Shown piece after piece: positions 46,718 through 56,100 of a DNA stretch of 62,506 nucleotides. Each line of letters begins with the position of its first letter. Position 1 is the stretch's first letter. This DNA is from Verrucomicrobiia bacterium (GTDB lineage: Bacteria; Verrucomicrobiota; Verrucomicrobiia; Limisphaerales; Palsa-1400), in the NCBI GenBank assembly GCA_036272955.1, contig DATAXU010000018.1, positions 1 through 62,506 of the forward strand, read 5' to 3'. Position numbers and translations under genes: made by a program. The notes below the pieces were generated by a model. That model was not told the DNA's origin. It made no database searches and saw only the letters and a list, made by a program, of their open reading frames with translations.

Positions 46718-47854
46718 TTGCGCATATTGATGGTCGAAGACGAGTCGGGTGACGCTAAACTCGTGCAGCATGAATTGGACAAGGCCGGTTTTAACTTTGT
46801 CTTCAAGCGGGTCGATTCCGAATCGGAGTTCGTGGATGAGCTTGCCGAATTCCGGCCCACGGTGATTTTGTCCGATCACGGAGTGGCCGCCTTCGATGGC
46901 TTCGCCGCCCTTTCGATTGCCCAAAGCCAATGTCCGGATGTCCCCTTTATCTTCGTTACCGGCTCCCTCGGGGAAGAAATGACCGCCATGGCGCTGAAAA
47001 AAGGCGCGACGGATTTCGTCCTTAAACATCGCATTTCCGCCCTGGCGCCTGCGGTCCACCGCGCGTTGCGCGAAGCGCAACTTCGCCATCAACGTCAGCA
47101 GGCTGAACAGGAAATCCGCCGGCTCAATGAAGATTTGGAGCAGCGCGTCGCAAAGCGCACCGCGGAATTGGAGGCTGCCAACAAGGAACTCGAGGCGTTC
47201 AGCTATTCCGTTTCCCACGAATTGCGCGCGCCGTTGCGGCAAATTGAAGGTTTTATCGACATTCTGCAAACCACAAAAAGTTCGACCATGGACCAGGAGG
47301 CCAATCAACACCTTGCGACAATCGCCCGCGCCGCCGGACGTCTGAGCCGGCTCATCGACGACCTGCTCGCTTTCTCGCGCGCCGCGCGCACCGGGATGCG
47401 CAAAAAATTGGTCAAGCTCCACGAAATATGCGCCCGCACAATAGAGGAATTGGGTCAAGATGCCGAAGGGCGCCGCGTGGAATGGGCCGTCGGCCCTCTG
47501 CCGGAGGCGGTGGCCGATCCCGCGCTGCTGCACCAGGTTTTTCTCAACCTCATTGGCAACGCGCTCAAGTACACAAAAACCCGCGAAATAACCCGCATCG
47601 AAATTGGCAGCCATGAGGCCAAGGAGGAGCATGTTATTTTCGTGAAGGATAACGGGGTTGGCTTTGACATGCGTTACGCAAAGAAACTATTCGGCGTTTT
47701 CCAACGCTTGCATTCCCCCTCGGAATTTGCCGGCACTGGCATCGGACTGGCCAATGTGCGCCGCATCATTCACCAGCACGGGGGACGCACCTGGGCGGAA
47801 GGCGTCCCCAATCACGGGGCGACTTTTTACTTTTCCCTTCCAACATCGACGTGA
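46718..47854 (+). CDS. Receiver-first hybrid histidine kinase (REC + coiled coil + HisKA + HATPase_c)
   Basis: REC: MRILMVEDE...VILSDHG...FIFVTG. H-box FSYSVSHELRAPLR. ATPase boxes LIGNALKYT, DNGVGF and GTGIGLANVRRI. The track start is TTG 46718; ATG 46730 is the alternative. Confidence 0.85.
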   Translation: MRILMVEDESGDAKLVQHELDKAGFNFVFKRVDSESEFVDELAEFRPTVILSDHGVAAFDGFAALSIAQSQCPDVPFIFVTGSLGEEMTAMALKKGATDFVLKHRISALAPAVHRALREAQLRHQRQQAEQEIRRLNEDLEQRVAKRTAELEAANKELEAFSYSVSHELRAPLRQIEGFIDILQTTKSSTMDQEANQHLATIARAAGRLSRLIDDLLAFSRAARTGMRKKLVKLHEICARTIEELGQDAEGRRVEWAVGPLPEAVADPALLHQVFLNLIGNALKYTKTREITRIEIGSHEAKEEHVIFVKDNGVGFDMRYAKKLFGVFQRLHSPSEFAGTGIGLANVRRIIHQHGGRTWAEGVPNHGATFYFSLPTST

Positions 47855-47873
47855 GCGCGCTGTCCAAATTTGG

Positions 47874-49040
47874 ATGAAAAAGGAAATCCACATTCTGATG
47901 ATCGAGGACGAAGCGGCGGACGCTGAATTGTCCCGCCTGGCCCTGCGTAGAGGCGGCTTCCATTTTTCCCTCGTCCGCGTCCAGACCGAGGAGGAGTTTC
48001 TGCGCGAGTTAAGCGGTCGGCGCCCGGACGTCATCTTGTCCGATTATTCGCTTCCCAGTTTCGACGGTTACGCCGCATTGCGAATCGCGAAGGAAAAGTG
48101 CCCGGAAATCCCATTTATTTTCGTGACGGGAACGATGGGAGAGGAAGTCGCCATCGAAACATTAAAAAACGGCGCGACTGATTACGTGCTCAAGACACGG
48201 CTGACCCGCCTGGCGCCTTCGGTGCATCGCGCTCTGCGCGAAGCGCAGGAACGGCTCGACCGCCAGCGCGCCGAGGATCAATTGCGGGAATCGCACAAGC
48301 AACTTCGCGCGCTTTCCGTTTATCTCCAGCACGTTCGCGAGGAGGAACGCACGCGCATCGCCCGGGAGGTCCACGATGAATTGGGCCAGGCCCTGACCAG
48401 TTGCAAACTGGATGTCTCCTGGCTCGCGCATCACTTGTCGCCCGGACAAAAGGAACTTCGGGAGAAAGCCATTGGCCTGTCCGCCCACATTGATTCGACC
48501 ATCCAAACCGTTCGCCGGATTTCCACGGAGTTGCGGCCCGGAATTCTGGATCATCTCGGTTTGGTCGCGGCGCTGGAATGGCAGGCGCATGAATTCCAAT
48601 TGCGAACCGGCATCCGTTGCGAAGTTTCAACCCGTCTCGACGAGTCCCGCCTGGATCCTGAATTGACCACCGCGTTTTTCCGGATTTTCCAGGAAACACT
48701 CACCAACGTGATCCGCCATGCGGCGGCGACGCGCGTCAATGTCCAGTTGAAGGAGGAGGCCGCCCGCATTATCCTTGAAGTGCGGGACAACGGACGCGGC
48801 ATTGGACGCGACGAAATTTCCGATCCCAGGTCGATGGGATTGCTCGGCATGCGCGAACGGGCTGCGCTGCTCGGCGGGGATTTTAGCATCCGGCGATTGA
48901 GCGCCGGGAAAGGCACCCGGGCGCGTGTGGCCATTCCGCGCCGCGAGCAACCCGCGCAGTCACCAGCAAACGATGAAGATACTTTTGGCAGACGACCACG
49001 CCGTCGTGCGTCACGGGTTAAAACAAATTCTGACGGATGA
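47874..49040 (+). CDS. Receiver-first histidine kinase of the NarX/LiaS type (REC + HisKA_3 + HATPase_c)
   Basis: Internal ATG of ORF 47658..49040. The REC domain (IHILMIEDE...VILSDYS...FIFVTG) is a paralogue of the preceding gene's REC. HisKA_3 H-box RIAREVHDELGQALT, then NVIRHA, DNGRGI and GLLGMRERA. The last ~68 nt overlap the next gene. Confidence 0.85.
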   Translation: MKKEIHILMIEDEAADAELSRLALRRGGFHFSLVRVQTEEEFLRELSGRRPDVILSDYSLPSFDGYAALRIAKEKCPEIPFIFVTGTMGEEVAIETLKNGATDYVLKTRLTRLAPSVHRALREAQERLDRQRAEDQLRESHKQLRALSVYLQHVREEERTRIAREVHDELGQALTSCKLDVSWLAHHLSPGQKELREKAIGLSAHIDSTIQTVRRISTELRPGILDHLGLVAALEWQAHEFQLRTGIRCEVSTRLDESRLDPELTTAFFRIFQETLTNVIRHAAATRVNVQLKEEAARIILEVRDNGRGIGRDEISDPRSMGLLGMRERAALLGGDFSIRRLSAGKGTRARVAIPRREQPAQSPANDEDTFGRRPRRRASRVKTNSDG

Positions 49041-49599
49041 GTTCAAGCGGGCGACCTTCGGCGAGGCTCGCAACGCCCAGGAAGCTCTTGACCTCGTCTG
49101 GAAGCAGGATTGGGACGTCGTTGTCCTCGACATCACAATGCCGGGGCGCAGCGGACTGGATGCGTTGCGCGAAATCAAAAAGTCGAAGCCGCGCATCCCC
49201 GTTCTTGTATTGAGCATGCACCCGGAAAATCAATTCGCGATGCGCGTGCTCAAAACGGGCGCGTCGGGTTACATGACCAAGGAGAGCGCGCCGGATGAAT
49301 TGGTGGGCGCCGTAAAAAAAGTCCTCGCTGGCGGCCGATACGTCAGCGCCGCGCTGGGCGAGACGCTGGCGGCTTCATTGTCCACTAATCAGCGGGCGCC
49401 GCAGGAGAAACTTTCCGATCGCGAGTTCCAGGTTTTGAGGTTGATAGCATCGGGCAAAATGGCGACTGAGATCGCGAAGGAATTATCCTTAAGCGTCAAA
49501 ACGATCAGCACCTATCGCACACGCATCCTGGAAAAAATGGGGATGAAGAATAACGCGGAGTTGATGCATTACGCGATTCAACATCGTTTGGTGGAGTAA
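48973..49599 (+). CDS. NarL/LuxR-family response regulator
   Basis: MKILLADDHAVVRHGL, DVVVLDITMPGRSG, and C-terminal HTH LSDREFQVLRLIASGKMATEIAKELSLSVKTISTYRTRILEKMG. Confidence 0.9.
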   Translation: MKILLADDHAVVRHGLKQILTDEFKRATFGEARNAQEALDLVWKQDWDVVVLDITMPGRSGLDALREIKKSKPRIPVLVLSMHPENQFAMRVLKTGASGYMTKESAPDELVGAVKKVLAGGRYVSAALGETLAASLSTNQRAPQEKLSDREFQVLRLIASGKMATEIAKELSLSVKTISTYRTRILEKMGMKNNAELMHYAIQHRLVE

Positions 49600-49655
49600 C
49601 GATTGCGCCCCGACGTGCTTTTGGTGGTCAAAATAGACACGATATCGATTTAACC

Positions 49656-49734
49656 GAAAAATTCGTATAAATTCGTATAAAAACGTCGAAAAATGGTTCG
49701 ATGTGTAGTACTGTAATAGTGTATTAGTTAAATA
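49656..49734 (+). promoter_or_regulatory. Bipartite conserved upstream element, copy 2 (block A 49656-49683 including a perfect tandem ATTCGTATAA x2 at 49661-49680; block B 49703-49734)
   Basis: GAAAAATTCGTATAAATTCGTATAAAAA ...19 nt... GTGTAGTACTGTAATAGTGTATTAGTTAAATA. It matches the reverse complement of 10719-10788 and sits 60 nt upstream of the S41 peptidase ATG. Confidence 0.55.
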
Positions 49735-49794
49735 GCTTTTTAATGTCGCGCTTTCAGCTATACAAAGCCGGTGCTCGCCGGTGTCTGTTTATTG

Positions 49795-51240
49795 ATGAAA
49801 TCTCGACGTAATGCACTTTGGATAGCCCTGATAATCTCGCTGGCTTCCGGACTCGCCTTACCTCACTCGGCGCGTGGTCAAGAAATTCCAACCAATCTCC
49901 TTCAGCAAGATTTCCAAATCATGCGGCACACCCTGGAGGAAGCGGATGGGGGACTTTACCGTCACACCAGCAAATTGGATATGGATCGCACCTTCGATCG
50001 TGCTTATGGAGAAATTGATCACCCCATGACGGCTATTGAATTCTGGGCTTTGGTTGCGCCTGTGGTTGCTCACATCAAAGACAGCCACTTGTTGGTTTGT
50101 TGGCCAAAAGATTTTCCACTGGATCACATCCCCTTGCTACCGCTGTCTGTAAGAGTATTTGGCGGCCGTCTGTTCGTTTATCGGGACTTTTCAAACGATG
50201 ACGGCACCCTTGAGGGAAGCGAGATTTTATCCATTAACGGCATTCCGGCGAAACAGATCACAGGGAAAATGATGACCAGCTACAACGGCGAAGGCAACTC
50301 AACCACTGCGGCGCCGTATCGCATCGGTTACTATAACTGGTTCAGGAGAACGCTTTATGGATTGATGAAGATTGAAAGTCCGTTCCGGATTACCTATCGC
50401 AATTCAGGAGGAGAAGAGAAGGGCGTGACGATGGTTGGGAAAAGTCTATCCGACATAAGTGCCGCATCAGGGGCGAGGGATTCACAGCCAACGACAACCG
50501 CCGATCTTAAGTTCCTGGATGGCGGTAAAATTGCTGTGCTCACAATCCGCCACTTTTACCAGTATGTCGATGCCAAACAGAAATTGATGCTCCACGACTT
50601 TCTTCAGGAGTCGTTCGCAAAAATTCATCGAAAAGGATCGAGCGCCTTGATCATCGACTTGCGCGGCGACTCCGGCGGCCTGGACGCGCCGGGGGCGCAA
50701 TTGTTTTCATATCTCTGGGACAAACCTTTTGAATATTACCGAGACATGGTTGTCAACGCCCGTGAATTTGATTTTTTTAAGTATTGCCCGGGAGCGAAAC
50801 CGATCCCGGCGGACGTCGTTGAGAAGCGGCGGGGCGGAAAGTTTCATTATCTCAACCACCCCGGTTTAGGTTTGCAACAGCCTTGCCAACCCCATTTCGG
50901 AGGCAAAGTTTTAGCGTTGATGAACGGTGGCACCGATTCAACAAGTTGCGAATTCCTCTCCATGCTCAAGCTTCACGAGCGCGGGACATTGATTGGCGAA
51001 GAAGCAGCGGGCAGTTATTATGGCTGCCAAGCCGGACCTTTCGTCGTGGATCTGACTCTCCCAAATTCCAAAGTTTGGTTACCTATTAACCTGACAACTT
51101 ATTATTATGTGGCGAGTGATTACAAATACGCAGATCGCGGCATGATTCCAGACTATCCCGTCGCTCATACAATCGGTGACCTTTTGGCTGGCAGAGACCG
51201 CGATATGGACATGGCGCTCTCGCTGACCGGGACGAAGTAG
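49795..51240 (+). CDS. Secreted S41-family (tail-specific/C-terminal processing type) peptidase
   Basis: Signal peptide MKSRRNALWIALIISLASGLALPHSARG. S41 catalytic-region motif LIIDLRGDSGG. This gene is noticeably more AT-rich than the surrounding genes. Confidence 0.75.
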   Translation: MKSRRNALWIALIISLASGLALPHSARGQEIPTNLLQQDFQIMRHTLEEADGGLYRHTSKLDMDRTFDRAYGEIDHPMTAIEFWALVAPVVAHIKDSHLLVCWPKDFPLDHIPLLPLSVRVFGGRLFVYRDFSNDDGTLEGSEILSINGIPAKQITGKMMTSYNGEGNSTTAAPYRIGYYNWFRRTLYGLMKIESPFRITYRNSGGEEKGVTMVGKSLSDISAASGARDSQPTTTADLKFLDGGKIAVLTIRHFYQYVDAKQKLMLHDFLQESFAKIHRKGSSALIIDLRGDSGGLDAPGAQLFSYLWDKPFEYYRDMVVNAREFDFFKYCPGAKPIPADVVEKRRGGKFHYLNHPGLGLQQPCQPHFGGKVLALMNGGTDSTSCEFLSMLKLHERGTLIGEEAAGSYYGCQAGPFVVDLTLPNSKVWLPINLTTYYYVASDYKYADRGMIPDYPVAHTIGDLLAGRDRDMDMALSLTGTK

Positions 51241-51370
51241 TTGTTGTTATCCAGCGGAATACACAACCACTTCCAAATAATGGGGAATCAATCGTGGCAG
51301 GGTCATAAAGGAAAAGTGTTTCGAAGAAAACCGCATTGCCGCGTGAGTTTGGCTCTGCTAAATTCGTAGG

Positions 51371-51631
51371 GTGAAGCCTGAAAAGTCCGCGCTCTCGAAC
51401 TGGACTCCTGAACAAATTGCCAACGGCAAACGGTGGGTTCGGGCATGGAAGGGCGCGGGTCCAGCCTTGGAGGCGATTCGGCGGCGGGAATTGCGCGAAC
51501 TCGACCCGGTCCGCAGTCTGGCGGCATTGTGCGGCCCGGCGGATTATCATCAGCCTCCGCGCGCCCCAAAACCCACATCGGGGCTCGTCCAACAGCAACG
51601 ATGGTTTATGAAGGCCCTGATTCGTGATTGA
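51371..51631 (+). CDS. Hypothetical 86-aa protein, upstream partner of the nucleotidyltransferase
   Basis: GTG start. 8-nt overlap (GTGATTGA) with the next gene. Helical basic N-terminal half (ANGKRWVRAWKGAGPALEAIRRRELREL) and C-terminal SGLVQQQRWFMKAL motif. I recognise no named family. Confidence 0.5.
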   Translation: MKPEKSALSNWTPEQIANGKRWVRAWKGAGPALEAIRRRELRELDPVRSLAALCGPADYHQPPRAPKPTSGLVQQQRWFMKALIRD

Positions 51632-52190
51632 GGTCATCAAGGCGGCCGCCGAGCTCCAAACCTATTGCGCGGCCCAAAAGTGGAGGTTTTGTTTTATTGG
51701 CGGGCTTGCTCTCCAACGCTGGGGCGAACCGCGCGAAACTGTGGACGTGGATTTGACCTTGCTGACCGGGTTTGGAGCGGAAGAGCCTTACGCGAGGTTG
51801 CTGCTCGAACGTTTTCAGCCTCGAGTGGATGGCGCGCTTGAGTTTGCGTTAACCCATCGCGTGCTGTTGTTGCGGGCGCAATCCGGCGTGGGGCTGGACA
51901 TTGCGCTCGGCGCGTTGCCATTTGAGGAATCTGTCGTCGCCCGATCCGATCTCTTTTCCTATCCCGGTGGCGAGCCATTACGCACTTGTTCGGCAGAAGA
52001 CTTGATTGTGCTAAAAGCATTTGCGGCCAGGCCCAAAGACTGGATGGATATCGAGGGAGTCATCATTCGCCAGACGGGCAAACTTGACTGGCCTTACATT
52101 CGCGAGCAACTGGCTCCGCTGGCAGAACTGAAAGAGTCTCCCGGTATTGTTGACGAACTGGAACGACGCAGACTCGAACTTGAAGCGTAA
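51624..52190 (+). CDS. Minimal nucleotidyltransferase-fold protein (Pol-beta superfamily; AbiEii/MNT-like)
   Basis: 188 aa. The NTase core is FIGGLALQRWGEPRETVDVDL (GG...G..R.T.D[VI]D pattern). C-terminal AEDLIVLKAFAARPKDWMDIEGVI is typical of small NTases found in toxin-antitoxin-like pairs. Confidence 0.65.
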   Translation: MIEVIKAAAELQTYCAAQKWRFCFIGGLALQRWGEPRETVDVDLTLLTGFGAEEPYARLLLERFQPRVDGALEFALTHRVLLLRAQSGVGLDIALGALPFEESVVARSDLFSYPGGEPLRTCSAEDLIVLKAFAARPKDWMDIEGVIIRQTGKLDWPYIREQLAPLAELKESPGIVDELERRRLELEA

Positions 52191-52377
52191 GTATTTCCCG
52201 CAGCCGAGCCAGGCGCCGTTCGTGGTCGCGGGCTTGCGGCAAGCCGAACCGATACTCTCCCATGACAATCACTGGAAGATAAGGCCCCGGTCCCCCGCTG
52301 ATCTTTTCGCGAATACTTGGGTTGCCTTCCGTGAAAGCGGAAACCGCGTTTGTATCCAGAAGCCGATGGCGCGCTCA
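52189..52377 (-). pseudogene. vapC-like PIN-domain remnant (N-terminal ~60 codons only, no in-frame start)
   Basis: My own translation of the minus strand gives (stop)ARHRLLDTNAVSAFTEGNPSIREKISGGPGPYLPVIVMGEYRFGLPQARDHERRLARLREIL. This fits the PIN N-terminal LLDTN...(I/V).GE...G pattern. The only nearby ATG (52376-52378) is one nucleotide out of frame. Similarity stops where the NTase gene ends (52190). Confidence 0.45.
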
Positions 52378-52553
52378 TCGCCATTCCAATTCATTAGAGT
52401 GGTTGTCAACAATACTTTACGAAACAGCGGGAGCGGGGATGGTTTTGTCCTCGAGCAAGCGGGAAGGTCACCACGAAGAGCACAGAGAGCACGAAGAAAA
52501 CGAATGGAAAACTTGAAAACCGCGATTCAACATCCCCTGATGGAGTTTGCTTT

Positions 52554-53177
52554 TCAACGGCGCGTGAAGATTGCGACGGCTTCGGTGCGCGAATGGACGT
52601 GGAGCTTTTCGTATATCCGGCGAACGTAGGTGCGCACACTGTCCAAACTGATGTTCAGTTGATTGGCGGTTTCCTGATATGTCAAACCTCTGGCAAGACA
52701 TTCAAGAACCATTTCTTCGCGCGGCGTCATCCGCTGCGGTTCCGCGGAGGGCAACGGAGTTTTTTGAAAGGAGGCGAGAACTTTGCGCGCGATAGAATGC
52801 GACATCGGGGATCCGCCGGCGTGAACTTCCACGATGGCTTCCAGCAGTCGCGCAGGTGTAAGGCGTTTTAACATGTACCCGGTCGCGCCCGCTTTTAACG
52901 CGGCGAAAATCTGCTCGGGATCTTCATAAACCGTGAGCATGACAATCTGGACTTCCGGCTTGATTGCCTTCAATCGCCTGACGCATTCGATCCCGCTTAT
53001 CCCGGCCATGTGGATGTCCATAAGAATGACGTCGGGCCATTCGTTTGGAAGTTGCTCGAGGGCGGCTTCGCCACTGGGAAATGTGCTGACACATCGGAAA
53101 CCGGGAGAGCCGTTGACAAATACGGCGATGGAGTTCCGCAGACTGCTTTCGTCATCCACCACGGATACGGTGATCAT
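52554..53177 (-). CDS. NarL/LuxR-family response regulator (paralogue 1)
   Basis: Internal ATG of ORF 52554..53264. MITVSVVDDES..., DVILMDIHMAGISG, HTH MTPREEMVLECLARGLTYQETANQLNISLDSVRTYVRRIYEKLHV. 4-nt overlap with the kinase stop. Confidence 0.9.
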   Translation of the reverse strand: MITVSVVDDESSLRNSIAVFVNGSPGFRCVSTFPSGEAALEQLPNEWPDVILMDIHMAGISGIECVRRLKAIKPEVQIVMLTVYEDPEQIFAALKAGATGYMLKRLTPARLLEAIVEVHAGGSPMSHSIARKVLASFQKTPLPSAEPQRMTPREEMVLECLARGLTYQETANQLNISLDSVRTYVRRIYEKLHVHSRTEAVAIFTRR

Positions 53178-56100
53178 CGCACGGCCTTTCCGTTGGCGAC
53201 GTGATGGAGAGGCAGGCTGAAACCGACAACGGTTTCGCCGCCTGGCTTGGATTTTACGGAGCAATCCCCGCCGATCTCGGTCAAACGCTGGCGCATGTTG
53301 CGCAATCCGTTGCCGGTGTCTCCATTGGTGGGAGCGGCGAAGCCTTTCCCGTTGTCGGAAACGATGACCTCCAGCAAGGAGTCCTCGCAGACGACTGAAA
53401 TTCTGGCGCGACTCGCGCCGGAGTGTTTAAGGACGTTGGTAAAAGCTTCGTGAACAGCGAGCAATAAATGATGCCGCAATTGCGACGACAGGGGATACGC
53501 CGGCAATTGGGCGGGCATGTCTAATTCGCAGTCAATGCCGGTTTCCTGAAAATATTCGCGCGCGTAATGTCCGATATACGACACCAAATGCTCGAGCATG
53601 TCATTCTGCGGATTGATCGCCCATACGATTTCGTCCAGCGACGAAAGCACTTCGCGGGTGGAATCGGAAATCGAAACAATTTGGCGCTTGATCTCGGATG
53701 ACATGTCCGGGCTGCGCCGCGCGTGTTCGCTCAAATACGAAATGCGGCATAATTTGGCGCCCATTTCGTCGTGAAGATCCTGCGCGATTCGGGTCCTTTC
53801 GCGTTCCAGGGCTTTTTCCTGTTCCAGGCGTTTGAGGCGGTCCTGCGATTTTCTTTTTTCCAGGAGTCGCACGGCGGCGGCGACGGAGATCAATATTCCA
53901 AGGGCGGCGAGCCAACGGACCCACCATACCTGCCACACATGAGGCGAAGCGGTCATTGGCAGCACTACCGCGGCTTCGGACCATGGACCGTCCCCATCGC
54001 AGGCCGCGAGGCGAAAACCGTATTGCCCAGGCGGAATGTAATTGTAGAGGGCGGAGCGATGCGTTCCGGCTTCCACCCAATCCGCATCCAACCCATCGAG
54101 CCGATAGCGAAAGCGAACCCGTTCGGGAGAATCAAAATTCACACCGGTGTAGCGAAATTCGACGCGATGATTGCCGGGAGGAATCCGCAACAACGCGGGT
54201 TCGGCGGCGGGGTGGAAGTCCGGGTCGGGCGCGCCGTCCAACAGGACCTCCTCAAGGAGGATCGGGGGCGGTGTGGCATCGGGGGTTTGAGCGCGCGGGT
54301 CAATCACGACGACTCCCTTCAGGGTGGGGAACCAGAGCAAGCCGGAATTCGCGGCCATGCCCGCCGGCGAAAATCCGCCCGTGCATTCCTCGGAGAGCAT
54401 CCCTTCGGTGCGTCCGTAAACAAGCGGGTAAACGGCTGGGGTTTTTCCCGCCGCCAATTTCTCAAACTCACCCTTGCCAACGCACGCAATGCCGCGGCTG
54501 GTCCCGAGCCACAACCGGCCTTGATGATCTTCGAGGATTTGCGAGATGGTATTGTCCGGCAATCCCTCGCGCGTTGTAAATGTGACAATCTGTCCATTGC
54601 GCCATCGGCTCAAACCCCCGCCCGCAGTGCCAATCCAAACCACTCCTTGCTCATCGAGATACAGAGTGCGGATCAGGTCGCTCAACAATCCGCTTTGGCG
54701 GTCATAGTGAAAGCGCTGTTCGCCGTTGTAACGGTCCAGCCCACCGCCCTCTGAGCCAATCCACATGGAACCGTCGCGGGCCTGGCCGACCGCAGTGACG
54801 GGATGCGTCTGCCAGTGATTGGTTTCACCGATCCAGGAGTCGTGCCACCGGCGCCAAATTTCTCCTTCACGCGTGCCAACCCACACTGCCCCATCGTTCG
54901 CCTGCGTCATGGCGGTTCCGTGGACATCCGTGAACAATTCCGCATCATCGCCGCCGGAGGCCGGATCTTCGAAATGCAATAATCCCCGCGCCCCCGCAAC
55001 CCAGCAACTGCCGTCGCGGGCCATGAGCACCGAATTGATCTCAGGCCCGGCCAGCAGCAATCCGGGAGGCGAGAGACGGCGGAAATTTCCGCCTTGCGAT
55101 ACATACAATCCATCGCTTGTCTTGCCCGCCCAAATGATTCCGGGGGCAATCTCCGCGATACTCTGCACGGCGCCATAACCCAGCCCCTCCTTCTGCCCAA
55201 ACGCGAAGAGATTTCTGGGATGAAGCCTGTTTAGACCGCCATGAGTACCCACCCACAACGCGCCTTCGCGATCCACCAAAAGGGATTCAATTAAATTATC
55301 GGACAAGCCGCTGCTGGCATTGATCGGATGGATTTTTCCATCCTGGAACTCGAACAGCCCTTCGGTTTCTGATGCGGCCCAGACGGCGCCGTCGGGGCTT
55401 TCGGCCAGGGCGTTGATGTAGAGCTTGGACTGATGGGACGGAATCCGGTACGGCTGCCAGTGCGTGCGGTCGCGACAGAGCACGACGTCGTTCGCCACAC
55501 CAATCCAGAGGCGGCCCTTGTGGTCCACCAAAAGGCAATGAGGGTCCTGGAGCAGTCCTTCGACGCTGGCGTCCTGGACCGGAATAAAATGGCCCGCCTG
55601 AAATCGAAACACGCCAACTCCCGCGACTCCCAACCACATTGTTCCAGTCCGGTCTTTGCACAAGGAGGTGATTGTTTTGCCTTTAAACTCTTCACCTGTG
55701 GTTATTGCCGATCGTTTGCGATTCCGCCAAACCGAGAGGCCCGCGTCGGTCCCGATCCACAACCGCCCATCCTTGTCTTCCGCAAGCGCGGTGATGGAAT
55801 CCGAGGGAAGGCCATCGCGCATCGTGTACGTTGTAAATTTTCCGTCCTTCCAGCAAGCCAGTCCGCCACCCGCCGCGCCAATCCAAAGAGCGCCGGCCTT
55901 GTCGCCAAGAAGAGTTTGCACCGGACCGCTATCGAGACCCTCGCGCAATCCGAAAGAGACGAAGCGCAGCCCGTCGAAACGAACCACCCCGTCGTCGTTG
56001 CCCACCCACAAGTAACCGTCGGCCGTCTGGGCCATGGCGCGCACGGAGTTCTGCGGCAAACCTTGCTCCCTCTGCCACGACCGAAAAGTAACGGGCGGTT

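Noticed and set aside
49743-49811. 22-codon ORF (MSRFQLYKAGARRCLFIDEIST) starting 8 nt after block B of the conserved element and overlapping the S41 peptidase start. It could be a leader peptide.
   Set aside because: The first copy of the element has no equivalent ORF, there is no SD, and there is no conservation evidence. An ORF this short is expected by chance.
52378-52553. Search for a vapB antitoxin gene upstream of the PIN remnant.
   Set aside because: All three minus-strand frames are closed or give non-protein-like peptides. The frame ending at the expected position yields only 13 codons. I conclude the antitoxin is lost or was never present.
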